DNA of 52,197 nt from a virus (IMGVR_UViG_3300027779_000040:1-52197); one strand, 5' to 3'. Positions 21,801 to 28,864 are shown, numbered from the stretch's first letter. Notes: generated by a model not told the origin, from the sequence alone. Translations and numbers: made by a program.

Positions 21801-22102
21801 CACCGCCTGTCTTACGTTTATTACCAGAGATGTTTAAAGCTATGATTGAGGATGATTACTCTAAACTAGCAGGTTATACTATTCCAAGTTACTTCCCTTT
21901 TGGAAGAGTGGCGAGAGACTTGGTTGGTCCCGGTGGTTTATATGAGAATCCTTATAGAGGAGTAGAAAAACTTACTGGTTTCCCTTACATGCAAGCGGCT
22001 AGAGAGTTCGGAGCATACCGTGAAAAAGAAGGTAGATACCCTAGAGGAATATTAGATTTAATTTATCAGCCATTCGAAAGAGATAAAGAACCTTCTGACT
22101 AA
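12824..22102 (+). CDS. Giant virion-associated single-subunit two-barrel (double-psi beta-barrel) RNA polymerase
   Basis: 3092 aa; catalytic GGADLDGD (DLDGD aa 1308-1312, nt 16745-16759) preceded by MRVP; upstream TDG...GKYMIH...SGLK motifs; located in the ejection module. Confidence 0.85.
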   Translation: MSTGSYYPEEIEGEHFKPFVDEGTIKGLIQHYKNDPKPFSEDKLKTLELHAQHYKLPFARSDADQHGRVSGILQQAGAGFWSGFTTFNVGEEPRDEWEGIARSIGHLAGFVGFIPSIPKKILATLPKASKLRTMSMALAKVKGQSVPMLGAKLVQDKVAPIANKAFAQAMAMRGAATADAAGFLNQGLVKDLIGGAFHLGVASSISSWQYGIDEMMRSFIGGAETGFVFRGIGNVVQTGSKAADASIRMVASSAYTGLPATMRGATTPEQVYEYLLGAYFGLKEMPYHKRDAQKLIGKAFKEGKAGQPIELMPEFGEMDSTTKKNTIEMAEKIWGEVSAAGGATPITGNIMSYELMNKFGFNIEEAEKIAKEYIERGGTLKDIEPFLDKPITDNGELRKSQRGSQEDLDMEVSTDSSSYMSVQQKLVNYIQNTLGYKYTEMKPREQQDAVLEDAMGLQKTWLEILKKQRVEIADNDFKDVSPAGATNKMLEHLAENLGVAPTEADWNFWRNREIQSLQLSNQPVISASIDFNGALNVYQLNPERPMNLAGNMKYVKQEPLSMEDAYGRAYTREGYDPAELRGGAIHQFLDHAVVQDSYTGKTKDMSLLRLKQHFFGEQMRRVGEVDEQTGTEFQYTDATAKAEKAFNNFLYGVMDAQWNRKESKGGAPNQMYYFGGRGDAERLYFVKVHPTVANIRTISEGRLKSLTNEINKVSAKIGNIEVTESGKTRNVKLKDIFNSEWALFQTTVNKGKTGEFKKRGNEMFASAFLSNIMYELDMNGFEMKKGIRPSEIKKFYATIGDSKNDFIDTAKAFNKRAQIWLNTGVSQNKDMIIPALQAAGWDDKTTAEGKAKVLIINDRKMADEVGVMAKNLEEGTDGALFMTSEYMLATNIDMGLPNEGHSNKSFIVSPNKRKGAMLGKYMIHEADPEMAKWMRKEKVHIIAYKSGLKQRGTRKSSDVYYKPHGKGYEFSDGWKDSVHRINMADIKTVITEKTDNHFLHPQKIPKQMQSLLTEFSFNPVKPEIIDDFFNTTSRERFFGNRVINEEAEAYLANPSKEAKESLIRNLDEIGIPTVLKMLKNPKTSEFAVEAYRKMLSKEQEVANAEFSEGEIEKATFEMQNDTRQEYRSAHDTIMNLSSDKSLAASMHKSVKHYRSNVIRNYLLNQVTRPTIKNSFISRMRPYTPWMWEQRGKYGPTAKLNETGGDKLFFLDNGFKELPLKSHVFGGKVSGRLGEMKLGEAWESYVDGKFDKFPKLKAEMEDVLEAVLMRVPMDSMSGARVLNFAGFTGVDGLGVLLHPRVMRALGGADLDGDKAWGFFGGKSESGAGEGMKKSWKNMYKDQELEYGEVGTSAKKLIDPVTGKPYYEEFLDDRDPLAKDRIENPGLRWSPMARMTASLGAAQGRNMLGPAVVNKAVISAAFSELMSRPNQSYSYTYESFNGEKRKILMTARSDPKDIKRQREMGKVSIHLPADPMDEAGLKDMNSFFSLMADSAFKYKDVTDPNRHFELSNDPKSREWMGDHSTKRAGLNQHFSKINQVLYGRNWAEERRWTPGEIHSGLSSSWDSLHQGEKQGGLYKNLAKLFHNLDWTEGIFFRVNETKLRELYKNFHKEWENNRELQDILQRTGRSVWNNEKEKFNPLLEFVLTRKLHDEKVLKSYLLDTKQNEKLFDAFPQYTERKGYNPRNLRQRERILRDMVHKAEDFVVNDLSDMVSMRFIRKFMEPIMARNNAKGEKISKEKIILGLHHMSEDIKSQSYFKGIDRKNESGLQGNEFELTASQREFFKLMGLEREVEQKDSAMLDQFQIDAKISTLKLNMTDPEKRLFDAFLLGTLKKGTQTEINKATEHAKQTYVNEEKFPPQVLEALEILRQKGAKTATSNLGFVSSSVSKGMKRAFWKEYEKLFDSSTNFFSKKETNDIKKDALKGEAELSKEEPRSILDKEGNVIKGTALEEATFDVETQTYLEEAHPFKGILSSKALKGPKFKLKGEAMEIVLSLQEHFRNKFNNMTGRGMNKLVRTMFNKNINDMNLADWRTMDNILSEIDGGQWWRKTLKYVDDNQFLPSMTPFHHHIFPEATNKDLMRKEIILVAKRGIYKDKHGNVLTGDTAQPTQIGEILQQFINMNKEWATGVHEQRKNEISSELSPYLESIEQGPTLWRIAVRRMEQGMTWHLREKYQNDATWALLKETYEKPWRDIQKKHDWENLQKETFQVITANGSKTMTGLDVVEKITDTIEIWNKKNHKLIRGDVEVIDSYLNMIGRSYHSDSKSKSLWKNPENFINDKENLPNFRVEDPNESKYLSDVFKKTFWWGVKSEGGKSEAEIKKAQGEYQKLYNQYKQEKYIANIRGLAAVLDYRHQLKFAEGKEDVQNSRKRMMNRLFKDILEANDKGEVFHQNLGIDGLRILSREIMLAQVRDPKDREQIANSMSVHTTGSYPSRIYFPHLMFDRKIAEAQMEKALEVIWADPSKDIKDKNREMDRIIFHTRQMTGDWIPQTDVSDQWQALNEGLQRIGEKKKNRIPREHMNWFKTHKRAGNQYSRNSHIPGWNIEFEAYVQYMKNLTDVHYQLISQLMSRTSMIRWKERMAERFEHPDTKQVKKEDQQLINRWENFFNLYITQSMGLPSQIPEHVLNDPGMKIKGTPYAWFADSEVKKRLNKIAKKLGLDKNIIKEKFPEVAAEYPEMAEKFDFADLQRFSALEAKLELAALLAHPKSSVTNLFGGTVNTLISTGWQHFKNARDVEYLMKNVNSKFTKKQDWEDWVIKLGVVEEFLLYEAGINPKFKTGKWKNFMDDAMARLSKDPEMADTTLTSLASKHGITESVFSKAAWFMRRPERTLRRDAFLAHYLQAREKFGGAFQKFDNPILIQMAKKGVKGTQFLYSAPFRPPFSASSAGKVFTRFQTWAWNSVRFRREIIEEADARGWQKGSVEFERYKRMATADLFMLGMANIFLYSIFDNALPAPWNWIQDTADSLYGDERERERAFFGHPLGPVQIITPPVLRLLPEMFKAMIEDDYSKLAGYTIPSYFPFGRVARDLVGPGGLYENPYRGVEKLTGFPYMQAAREFGAYREKEGRYPRGILDLIYQPFERDKEPSD

Positions 22103-22956
22103 TGAAGAATGTTTTATACTCTAAGGCTTTAAAGATATACAGGAAGTTACTATCTCGGGAGCCAAATATAGATATCAATAGCGTGACTTCTATTATGTCT
22201 GAACTTAATCGAGGAAACATCACACCTTCAGAAACATCTATTTTGTTTAGGTGGATGAGAAAGAAAAAACCATTGCCGACTCGTGGATTCAATAGAAAAC
22301 AAGTAGCGGATAATGTGTTCAACTTTGATATTCATGCTAAATCAGGGCTTGGTAATAAATTAAACATAACGTCTTTTGGTAATACACCCATGATAGACTT
22401 GGACTTACCAAAGGTTGTTGGTAGTAAGTCAACTCATCCATCAATGTCAGTTACTGCTGGTACTGCTGGTGAAGCTATTGACCAACTAAGGGACTTTGCT
22501 GGGGCAAATCAGTCCTATTTACGAGCTTTTATGACAAAGGGAGGGGTAAGAGCCTTTGATTTAAGTCATGCGGAAGAGCCCTTAAAATATTATAAAAGGA
22601 AACTAGCCACAAAGACTGGAGACCCTTTATATTCAGGCTTTAGCATGCATAGGAACACCTTTGATGTCAGGGTATCTCCTAAAAAAGCGTATGAAAAAGA
22701 AAGTATAGATTATGTAGCGGCTCCTTTACTTGACCTTGCGGCTCCCGGTGCAAAGGTAAACCCTTTAAACAGATATAATGTAGAAAAGTTCCATGATGAT
22801 ATAATAAAACGAACTTTACACTCAACGAAAGACCGTTCTAGACCCAGTAGGGCAAGAACTGAAATTATAAAGGATGCCCAGAGATTACTTGATTCAATGG
22901 GCGGTAACGATGCGGATGCTATTGTTAAAACTATGAAGAAAGGTGGAATTTTTTAA
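22102..22956 (+). CDS. Uncharacterised protein with AEP (primase)-like motifs
   Basis: MIDLD, FMTKGGVRAF, GDPLY, FDVRVSPKK; TAATG-coupled to the RNAP gene. Confidence 0.55.
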   Translation: MKNVLYSKALKIYRKLLSREPNIDINSVTSIMSELNRGNITPSETSILFRWMRKKKPLPTRGFNRKQVADNVFNFDIHAKSGLGNKLNITSFGNTPMIDLDLPKVVGSKSTHPSMSVTAGTAGEAIDQLRDFAGANQSYLRAFMTKGGVRAFDLSHAEEPLKYYKRKLATKTGDPLYSGFSMHRNTFDVRVSPKKAYEKESIDYVAAPLLDLAAPGAKVNPLNRYNVEKFHDDIIKRTLHSTKDRSRPSRARTEIIKDAQRLLDSMGGNDADAIVKTMKKGGIF

Positions 22957-22971
22957 ATTCAACTTTTTTTT
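22939..22971 (+). terminator. Putative intrinsic terminator of the rightward arm
   Basis: AT-rich hairpin aaaggtggaattt/aaattcaacttt followed by a T run, overlapping the last stop codon. Confidence 0.45.
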
Positions 22972-23052
22972 GTTCCCAGATTATTCATTTGAGTAGATAA
23001 ATATTCTTAAATCCCGATTTCATTTTTTAGTAAATTTTAGAGAATGTGCGAA

Positions 23053-23107
23053 TTATGCTACATTGCGTAACGCAACGCTATGCTACATTGTGTTATACTA
23101 CACTGTG
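23053..23107. repeat. Eleven degenerate tandem pentamers (YWRYR)
   Basis: ttatg ctaca ttgcg taacg caacg ctatg ctaca ttgtg ttata ctaca ctgtg. Confidence 0.75.
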
Positions 23108-23272
23108 TAAATCAGAATTAGAAAACAAGAAATACACACACTTCCGAGAATCTTCGTTCCGAAAAATATCGCAATATGAGATTAATCCCTATGCTATATT
23201 TTGCGCATGGTTAGGGGCTGTAAAGAAAAAAACCCTTAGATTTTAAACTATATAGGGCTATTACTTTAAATG

Positions 23273-23347
23273 TTAAAGGGGCACCACATTTATAAGGTAT
23301 ATTGCTGTACACCATTACGGAGTGAATAAATTGTGATACCCCCTAAA
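23273..23347 (-). terminator. Long hairpin at the end of the leftward arm (terminator/processing site)
   Basis: Minus strand ggggtatcacaatttat...ataaatgtggtgcccc with G-U pairs, just after the last leftward stop. Confidence 0.6.
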
Positions 23348-23350
23348 ACT

Positions 23351-23569
23351 TTAAATCTCTGGAATTCCTGCTATTACACAGTTTTTAAAATAAGAACAGT
23401 TATCAGGATTGCAGTCTTTTCCACTCTTTTTTTCATCAAGGTTCATGTTTACAGGGTATATATGTCCACTCTTCCTTTTACGCTTGATGGAAAATAAAAC
23501 ACCTAAACATTTCTCTTTGTTCCAGTTAGCACAATATTTTAGTGCTGTACGTTTACTATTACTTAGCAT
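23351..23569 (-). CDS. Cys-rich hypothetical protein
   Basis: Likely start MLSNSK (23569); YCANW..CLG...CNPDNCSYFKNC. Confidence 0.6.
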   Translation of the reverse strand: MLSNSKRTALKYCANWNKEKCLGVLFSIKRKRKSGHIYPVNMNLDEKKSGKDCNPDNCSYFKNCVIAGIPEI

Positions 23570-23825
23570 TGAAAGGTGGAAAATCCATTTCCGAAACGGG
23601 TTTAAATGGCTTTTTACCAAATCTCCACGGCGTTAATTTTTTATTAAAAAACTTTAACACGTTCTTCCCATGTGCTTGGTCATCAATGGCTTGTGAATAA
23701 CCTTGATGGAACCCCCTTCTGTAATCCGCATCTAAGAAGTAATTATTCCTTCTATTAGGATATTCTCTTTGTGAAAGGTTCATGTTTCCAAATACATCTG
23801 CAAAGTATGATTTTACTCGTCCCAT
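23559..23825 (-). CDS. Hypothetical protein
   Basis: Start reassigned to MGRVKS (23825) behind AAGGAG RBS. Confidence 0.65.
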   Translation of the reverse strand: MGRVKSYFADVFGNMNLSQREYPNRRNNYFLDADYRRGFHQGYSQAIDDQAHGKNVLKFFNKKLTPWRFGKKPFKPVSEMDFPPFNAK

Positions 23826-23826
23826 A

Positions 23827-24051
23827 TTATTCTCCTTTTTTAAATTCGGGATTCCATTCTTCTTCGTGTCGTAATTCAAATAAATGGGGGTCTTCATAAT
23901 CTTCGCAGTCTTCACATCGTATACCAAGTAGAGATTCATTTATTGACTCTCCTTGATATTCTTCGTAAATGACATTTTCTGACCCACATTCATTACATTC
24001 ATATCCTTCTGCGGTGTCTCCACCTATAGGACCTGAAAGAATAACTTTCAC
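23827..24051 (-). CDS. Zinc-ribbon protein
   Basis: CNECG...CEDC; GTGA overlap with the upstream gene. Confidence 0.65.
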   Translation of the reverse strand: MKVILSGPIGGDTAEGYECNECGSENVIYEEYQGESINESLLGIRCEDCEDYEDPHLFELRHEEEWNPEFKKGE

Positions 24052-24221
24052 TCTACTTCATCTATTATGATATGAGATAGTTCATTTTGTATGTCTATCT
24101 TGTTTTCAATACGATGAAGTCTCCATATAATGCTAATTAACATAGCTAACATCATTACCATTGAAAATTCCCAATATGGGAAATATTCTGTACTAAATAG
24201 TGCTTCCCAGTAATATCTCAT
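24048..24221 (-). CDS. Small membrane protein (57 aa, not in ORF track)
   Basis: MRYYWEALFSTEYFPYWEFSMVMMLAMLISIIWRLHRIENK...; AAGGAG RBS. Confidence 0.7.
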   Translation of the reverse strand: MRYYWEALFSTEYFPYWEFSMVMMLAMLISIIWRLHRIENKIDIQNELSHIIIDEVE

Positions 24222-24370
24222 TGTTTTACTCCTTCTCTTAGGTTATCAATCCATTGTTTAGCCATTGACATTAACATAGCTACAATGAATATACCAATAG
24301 CCCACATTACGACAGCGATACCTAATACTAATAGGTTTGCTATCCATTCTGCAATATCAAACATTATCAT
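24218..24370 (-). CDS. Small membrane protein (50 aa, not in ORF track)
   Basis: MIMFDIAEWIANLLVLGIAVVMWAIGIFIVAMLMSMAKQW...; AAGGAG RBS; ATGA overlap with the next gene. Confidence 0.7.
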   Translation of the reverse strand: MIMFDIAEWIANLLVLGIAVVMWAIGIFIVAMLMSMAKQWIDNLREGVKQ

Positions 24371-24400
24371 TTGATTATCTCCTTATTTTAAAATTAATTC

Positions 24401-24446
24401 AAAGGGGGCTAATCACCATATCTCGTATAGCAAATCAACCCCCTTT
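24401..24446 (-). promoter_or_regulatory. Long intergenic RNA hairpin (processing site or terminator)
   Basis: Minus strand aaagggggttgatttgctata-cgaga-tatggtgattagcccccttt, ~20 bp with G-U pairs. Confidence 0.6.
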
Positions 24447-24542
24447 AAAACGGCTACCCTAAATAGGTCGCCAAACCAAGTTAAACACTTTCAATGTCAG
24501 TCTTCCTTTTTCATAGAAAACATATTGTTTTTATTTAACCTA

Positions 24543-24833
24543 TTAGGATATACGCCACACTCGAATACCAAGAGTATTGTTCTCCGAGCGAGTTCTGTAA
24601 GTCCATTTCATCCCTACCAGTGAAGACACTCTATGAATGTAAGAGGCTACAGTTGTTGTACGGAAATAATTTCCTGTCTTAACATGCATCCTATTTTTAC
24701 TGGTTTTTAGGAATACTGAATCTCCGACTTCTAATTCCTTTAGAAAATCGAGGATTGAGCCTGTCTTTCCCTTACCCGGAATATTCTTCTCAGGTATAGG
24801 CACTCCTTTGTCAATACGATATGCTGTTGACAT
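24543..24833 (-). CDS. Small putative DNA-binding phage protein
   Basis: IDKGVPIP...LEVGDSVF...GIRVWR pattern common in phage early genes; AAGGAG RBS. Confidence 0.7.
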   Translation of the reverse strand: MSTAYRIDKGVPIPEKNIPGKGKTGSILDFLKELEVGDSVFLKTSKNRMHVKTGNYFRTTTVASYIHRVSSLVGMKWTYRTRSENNTLGIRVWRIS

Positions 24834-24848
24834 TTGTCAACTCCTTTC

Positions 24849-25118
24849 TTAATCGTCGCAGACTTCACATCTTTGGTAAGCTTGATTCCCTTCATCAATG
24901 ATGGTACAATCTTCCTTCGATGCGTCTAGCAACTTGTGTTTGAAGTTCAAGACTTTTTTAGCAGATAATTCATCTCCATTAGTATACCTTGACTCATATA
25001 AACAATCGAGTCCTTGCATAATCAATGAGAGTTCTTCGTCTTCTATACTAACTCTTGGAACTTTTGGTTTATTAATAACGACCTCCTTTTGCGAGTTTTC
25101 GCATAACATAATTAGCAA
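24849..25118 (-). CDS. Hypothetical protein
   Basis: Fills operon gap; start uncertain; C-terminal CEVC. Confidence 0.6.
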   Translation of the reverse strand: MLIMLCENSQKEVVINKPKVPRVSIEDEELSLIMQGLDCLYESRYTNGDELSAKKVLNFKHKLLDASKEDCTIIDEGNQAYQRCEVCDD

Positions 25119-25515
25119 CTTCTTCAGGTTGAGTCTTTACCCAATCAAGAATTGTCTGAAAATCATTCTCAGCCAAAGGACCTTTGCGTGTATTACAAGA
25201 TTTACAGATTAACTGCAAGTTGTCTTTAACGCTTGGTCCTTTCTTTTTCAGGGGAACGATGTGGTCACAAGCAATAGTTCTAATATTTAGAATTTTATCG
25301 CAATACCGACATTCCTTACCATATGAATCAAAAAACATTATTTCGATTTCTTCAGTTGTAATATCATAAATGACACCACTTTCTTCAGACCTTCTCTTCA
25401 AAGAAGATTTAAGCGTAGAAATTTTACGCCTTAATCGTTGATGAGCTTTAATCCAGAATGTTCTATGAACTGGTTCTAAAACTAACCTAAATGTAGATTT
25501 ACTAATTTTAGCCAT
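25072..25515 (-). CDS. HNH endonuclease
   Basis: CRYC...DHIVP....G.....NLQLICKSCNTRKG. Confidence 0.9.
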   Translation of the reverse strand: MAKISKSTFRLVLEPVHRTFWIKAHQRLRRKISTLKSSLKRRSEESGVIYDITTEEIEIMFFDSYGKECRYCDKILNIRTIACDHIVPLKKKGPSVKDNLQLICKSCNTRKGPLAENDFQTILDWVKTQPEEVANYVMRKLAKGGRY

Positions 25516-25733
25516 TATTTAATTAAAGAATACTCCGCAAATGAAAACCCATTTCCACGGGAGACCATTTTTGTATCTATGTCGTATCCTTCTTTTCTCA
25601 TTAAGCATATGATGGGAGCTAACCTAAAACAACCAAATGAATTTAAGGCTGTTAATGGGGTTAATTTAGCACCGGCAAGCAGTGCATCTCGTACCATAAT
25701 TGCTTGAGATTTATTTTTGACTGGTTTATACAT
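25515..25733 (-). CDS. Winged-helix (HTH_39-like) protein
   Basis: LLAGAKLTPLTALNSFGCFRLAPIICLMRKEGYDI...AEYSL. Confidence 0.75.
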   Translation of the reverse strand: MYKPVKNKSQAIMVRDALLAGAKLTPLTALNSFGCFRLAPIICLMRKEGYDIDTKMVSRGNGFSFAEYSLIK

Positions 25734-25908
25734 AAGCAGTCCCTTTCAGTATTAATTTGAGATTAATTTGACATCTCCAAAAACCTGATATAAGAGTAAT
25801 AACATCGTCTTTTTTTTCAATATTGTATTTAAAACCAATACGGAATAATCTAAAAAATGTTAAAACTATACCATGTTCTACAAAAGAAATGTCAATCAGG
25901 AGACCCAT
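25726..25908 (-). CDS. Hypothetical protein
   Basis: Overlap-coupled to both neighbours. Confidence 0.6.
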   Translation of the reverse strand: MGLLIDISFVEHGIVLTFFRLFRIGFKYNIEKKDDVITLISGFWRCQINLKLILKGTAYV

Positions 25909-26456
25909 TATGTTCTCCTAACTCTCTTTACCTTCTCAATCGAAATTGCTTGAGGTAAAGCCTTTCCTGTCTTTACTGCATCCATAGCAAAGGCACGAGC
26001 CTTTTTTCTATCTATGGATTCAATGATGTTTACTTTCTTGAATTGGGATGGACAATTTGCTTCGTCTACCATTACAGGACCAAAAGTTTCATATAACTTA
26101 TAGCGTGCTGTATCAGTTTCAAAAACACCATTATCATTCCCAACTTCTTCAACAATCATTGGTAATAAACTGGTTTTGAAATAGTCATCTGTTCGTTTTA
26201 ATGCATTTTTACGATTATTGAGTCTTTTTATTTCTGTTTTGAGAGTGTCTATCTCTGCTACGAGAAGGTTGTCTCTCCTTGATAACTCAATCATAAAATG
26301 GTCTATATTATCGAACTTCTGTCTAATCTGTGAACGTATTACTTGAACTGCATCTGTTTTCTCTGCATATAAAGAAGGGTCTTCTTCTGAATTAGCAAGT
26401 TCTACTTCAAGTTCTGCGTCAATGTACTCACCTAAGAGTTCTTTAGCTGTACTCAT
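25908..26456 (-). CDS. Siphovirus Gp157-like protein
   Basis: Coiled-coil N-terminus (KFDNI...EIKRL..RKNAL), then V.VDE..CP..F...IDRK; in replication module. Confidence 0.65.
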   Translation of the reverse strand: MSTAKELLGEYIDAELEVELANSEEDPSLYAEKTDAVQVIRSQIRQKFDNIDHFMIELSRRDNLLVAEIDTLKTEIKRLNNRKNALKRTDDYFKTSLLPMIVEEVGNDNGVFETDTARYKLYETFGPVMVDEANCPSQFKKVNIIESIDRKKARAFAMDAVKTGKALPQAISIEKVKRVRRT

Positions 26457-26457
26457 A

Positions 26458-27087
26458 TTAACAATGATAATCTATTACGGTTAACCATACGGTGCTCTTA
26501 TGAATCTCACTTTCCAAGTCACTCCATTTCTGAATACCTTCCCAAGAATCTATATCAATAAAATCTTCTTCACCAGCATACTGGTTTTTCTTGAATAGAT
26601 TTTTGAATAGATTCTCAGTTAACTCCATAGAGTCATCTGGGTATCCGAAATTTGCGTATGTATCTCTTACCCAAGGATGCGGTGTTTCACCACCTAAGTC
26701 ACTTTGCCAGAATAGGTTTAATTCTGTTTTAAGGGATTCAATGAATGAAGTAGATATCATCTTCTTACTTTCAAATAAGTCCCAGTCACTTTTATTGACT
26801 TTTCCTTCAGGTATGTCTTTGTCTTTGAATTGAGAACATAAACCATTAAAATCTGTTCCTAATTCCTTTTGTGATAGTTCACCAGACCATCTGCCACCAA
26901 TGACAAACCAGTCTGCTGGACCTGTACTCCACCTTCCTTCTTGTCCACAGAAGTTTTCTTGTTGTAATGAATTAAATACCCATTCGTTTATTAACATTCC
27001 TTTGGGTTTATCTAATTCCGCATCATCTTCATGCCATTCAGGCGGATGTTGCTCTGCTCGTGACACGACTATCAGGCGTTGGTGCAT
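26458..27087 (-). CDS. Conserved-type phage hypothetical protein
   Basis: DWFVIGGRWSGEL...WLTVIDYH; AGGAG RBS. Confidence 0.7.
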   Translation of the reverse strand: MHQRLIVVSRAEQHPPEWHEDDAELDKPKGMLINEWVFNSLQQENFCGQEGRWSTGPADWFVIGGRWSGELSQKELGTDFNGLCSQFKDKDIPEGKVNKSDWDLFESKKMISTSFIESLKTELNLFWQSDLGGETPHPWVRDTYANFGYPDDSMELTENLFKNLFKKNQYAGEEDFIDIDSWEGIQKWSDLESEIHKSTVWLTVIDYHC

Positions 27088-28864
27088 AATCTGCTCTCCT
27101 TAGTCTAAATGATGGAGTCCAATTCAGCTCTACATCGCTAAATAACTCACCATCACTGTTTTTAAATAATGTTAAAGACTTTGTAGTCTCATCTGCTTTT
27201 CCCGTTATACCAATAACTTTTCTTGATGCATTTTCTATTGCACCAGAACCTTTACCAGCGTACAAATCCATAATCTGATTCCGAGAATATTCTCTACTAA
27301 TCTGACTAATCTGAATTATAATAATATCCTGATTAACAGCAAGATTACTTAAACTATGGCTTACAAATCTAACAGTTTCGTATTCTCCACGAATATGCTT
27401 TGGTGGTTCGATTAAATCAATATAATCTACCACTACTGCACTGGGTTGGTGGTCACGAATAGAATCTTTAATTTGTGCTATAGTTGGACTAACGGTTTGA
27501 TATATAATATGAGATAAATCTTGTTTATAATGCTCATACAACATATCAAAGTTTGCAGTGACAAAATCCTTGTCTTTTCCACTTACAATTTGTAATGCTC
27601 TTCTGTGCATATACCAACCAGATAACTCCAAAGAAAGAAACAATGTAGGGATTTGCCACTCTCTACGAATGATATCTTCTGTGGCATCATAACCTAATAC
27701 GAGATTATGTGCGAAAGTTGTCTTGTTGGAACCTGTTGCACCAAATATAGTAACTAATTCACCGGGATAAATCTTACTTTCTTGTTTTACTCCAAGAACT
27801 CTCCCTAAATCAATTACTCTTCCAGAAAAATCTGTTTCTAATCTTTCTTTTAGAATTTTCTGTAGGTCATCTGATGTGTACAGGTCTATAAGATAGTCTT
27901 TTCTATCATAGAATACACAGTATTGTTTGCAATGTGCGGTCATAATATGGTCTTTACAACTATATTTGTAACCAGCATTGTAAGTTGATTCTACTTTTTC
28001 AAGAATGACATTTTCATCTAATTGTCCGTTATTCCATTCTAAAAGTGCGGCTTTAGTAGCGGCTGATGGAATCCCGTTCCTTCTAAAATGAGATGCTATT
28101 CTTAATAAAGTATTGTTTCTTGTACCTTCAACTGGTCCATCATCATACATTTCCTGTACGCATGGAACTACCTTTCTAGGTTCTGTTACAGCCCTTATTT
28201 CTCTAATCTTAGGAATATCTGTAACAATAGATTTCTCAAGTTCTCCTTCAGCATAAAGTTCATTGAATACAAAATCAAGTCTCCTTTCTTTTGATATTTC
28301 TCTAATTTCTCCAGCTTGTAAAGTGTTGAGTTCCTTAACTGTAAAAGGAGTCTTGTAAAGAGCACTTTTTTGGTTTAAAGTGTGTACTAAACGATAAATA
28401 GCAGTTCTTTGATATACGCTTAAGTCAATTTTCTTGCCAAATAACCCTTTCATTGTCTCTTTAACAATAAATGGTAAGTCATCTCCAGCTTGAAAATTAA
28501 AAACTTCATTTGTTAGATGGATATGATATCCAGTTCCACTAAAATAAGGCTGTATAGCATTATAAGGAACTTCAACTTGTTCTAGTTCGTAAATGATAGC
28601 TTGAGCACATTTAAGAGTATAAGCATCAGTGTTCTGACCCTTATCTATATCAATAACAACTTCATCAATACTTCTGGAACCAAAGTAATTTTTAACACTT
28701 CCAGTTTTATTTACAAAGTCTTTACCACTGTCATCGTAAACATACATACTACGATAAACTGCTTTATCTTTGCCTTCGTCAAGGATGTAATAACTTAAAT
28801 CCTCTAACGGAATAAAAAGTCCCCGTTTCCGAGGACTTCCTATTGCAAGTTCAACCCAATTCAC
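27038..28864 (-). CDS. AEP primase - DnaB-like (SF4) helicase fusion
   Basis: AEP motifs DID, FSGTGYH, DLSVY...YRL; PriCT-like GTRNN; helicase GATGSNKT, FLSLE, VVVDYIDL, ISQISR, GSGAIE. Confidence 0.88.
   Translation of the reverse strand: MNWVELAIGSPRKRGLFIPLEDLSYYILDEGKDKAVYRSMYVYDDSGKDFVNKTGSVKNYFGSRSIDEVVIDIDKGQNTDAYTLKCAQAIIYELEQVEVPYNAIQPYFSGTGYHIHLTNEVFNFQAGDDLPFIVKETMKGLFGKKIDLSVYQRTAIYRLVHTLNQKSALYKTPFTVKELNTLQAGEIREISKERRLDFVFNELYAEGELEKSIVTDIPKIREIRAVTEPRKVVPCVQEMYDDGPVEGTRNNTLLRIASHFRRNGIPSAATKAALLEWNNGQLDENVILEKVESTYNAGYKYSCKDHIMTAHCKQYCVFYDRKDYLIDLYTSDDLQKILKERLETDFSGRVIDLGRVLGVKQESKIYPGELVTIFGATGSNKTTFAHNLVLGYDATEDIIRREWQIPTLFLSLELSGWYMHRRALQIVSGKDKDFVTANFDMLYEHYKQDLSHIIYQTVSPTIAQIKDSIRDHQPSAVVVDYIDLIEPPKHIRGEYETVRFVSHSLSNLAVNQDIIIIQISQISREYSRNQIMDLYAGKGSGAIENASRKVIGITGKADETTKSLTLFKNSDGELFSDVELNWTPSFRLRRADYAPTPDSRVTSRATSA

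Noticed and set aside
12953-21845. Many antisense and alternate-frame ORFs inside the RNAP gene (e.g. 18331-18936) and other long genes
   Set aside because: Shadow ORFs expected from codon bias; no RBS or recognisable motifs
12824-22102. Eukaryotic RNA-dependent RNA polymerase or contamination (DLDGD motif)
   Set aside because: Intronless, overlap-coupled to phage virion genes and with the same composition and site avoidance as the rest of the genome
23046-23246. 66-aa plus-strand ORF over the pentamer array
   Set aside because: Lies beyond the predicted terminator, has no RBS, and its sequence merely reflects the repeat
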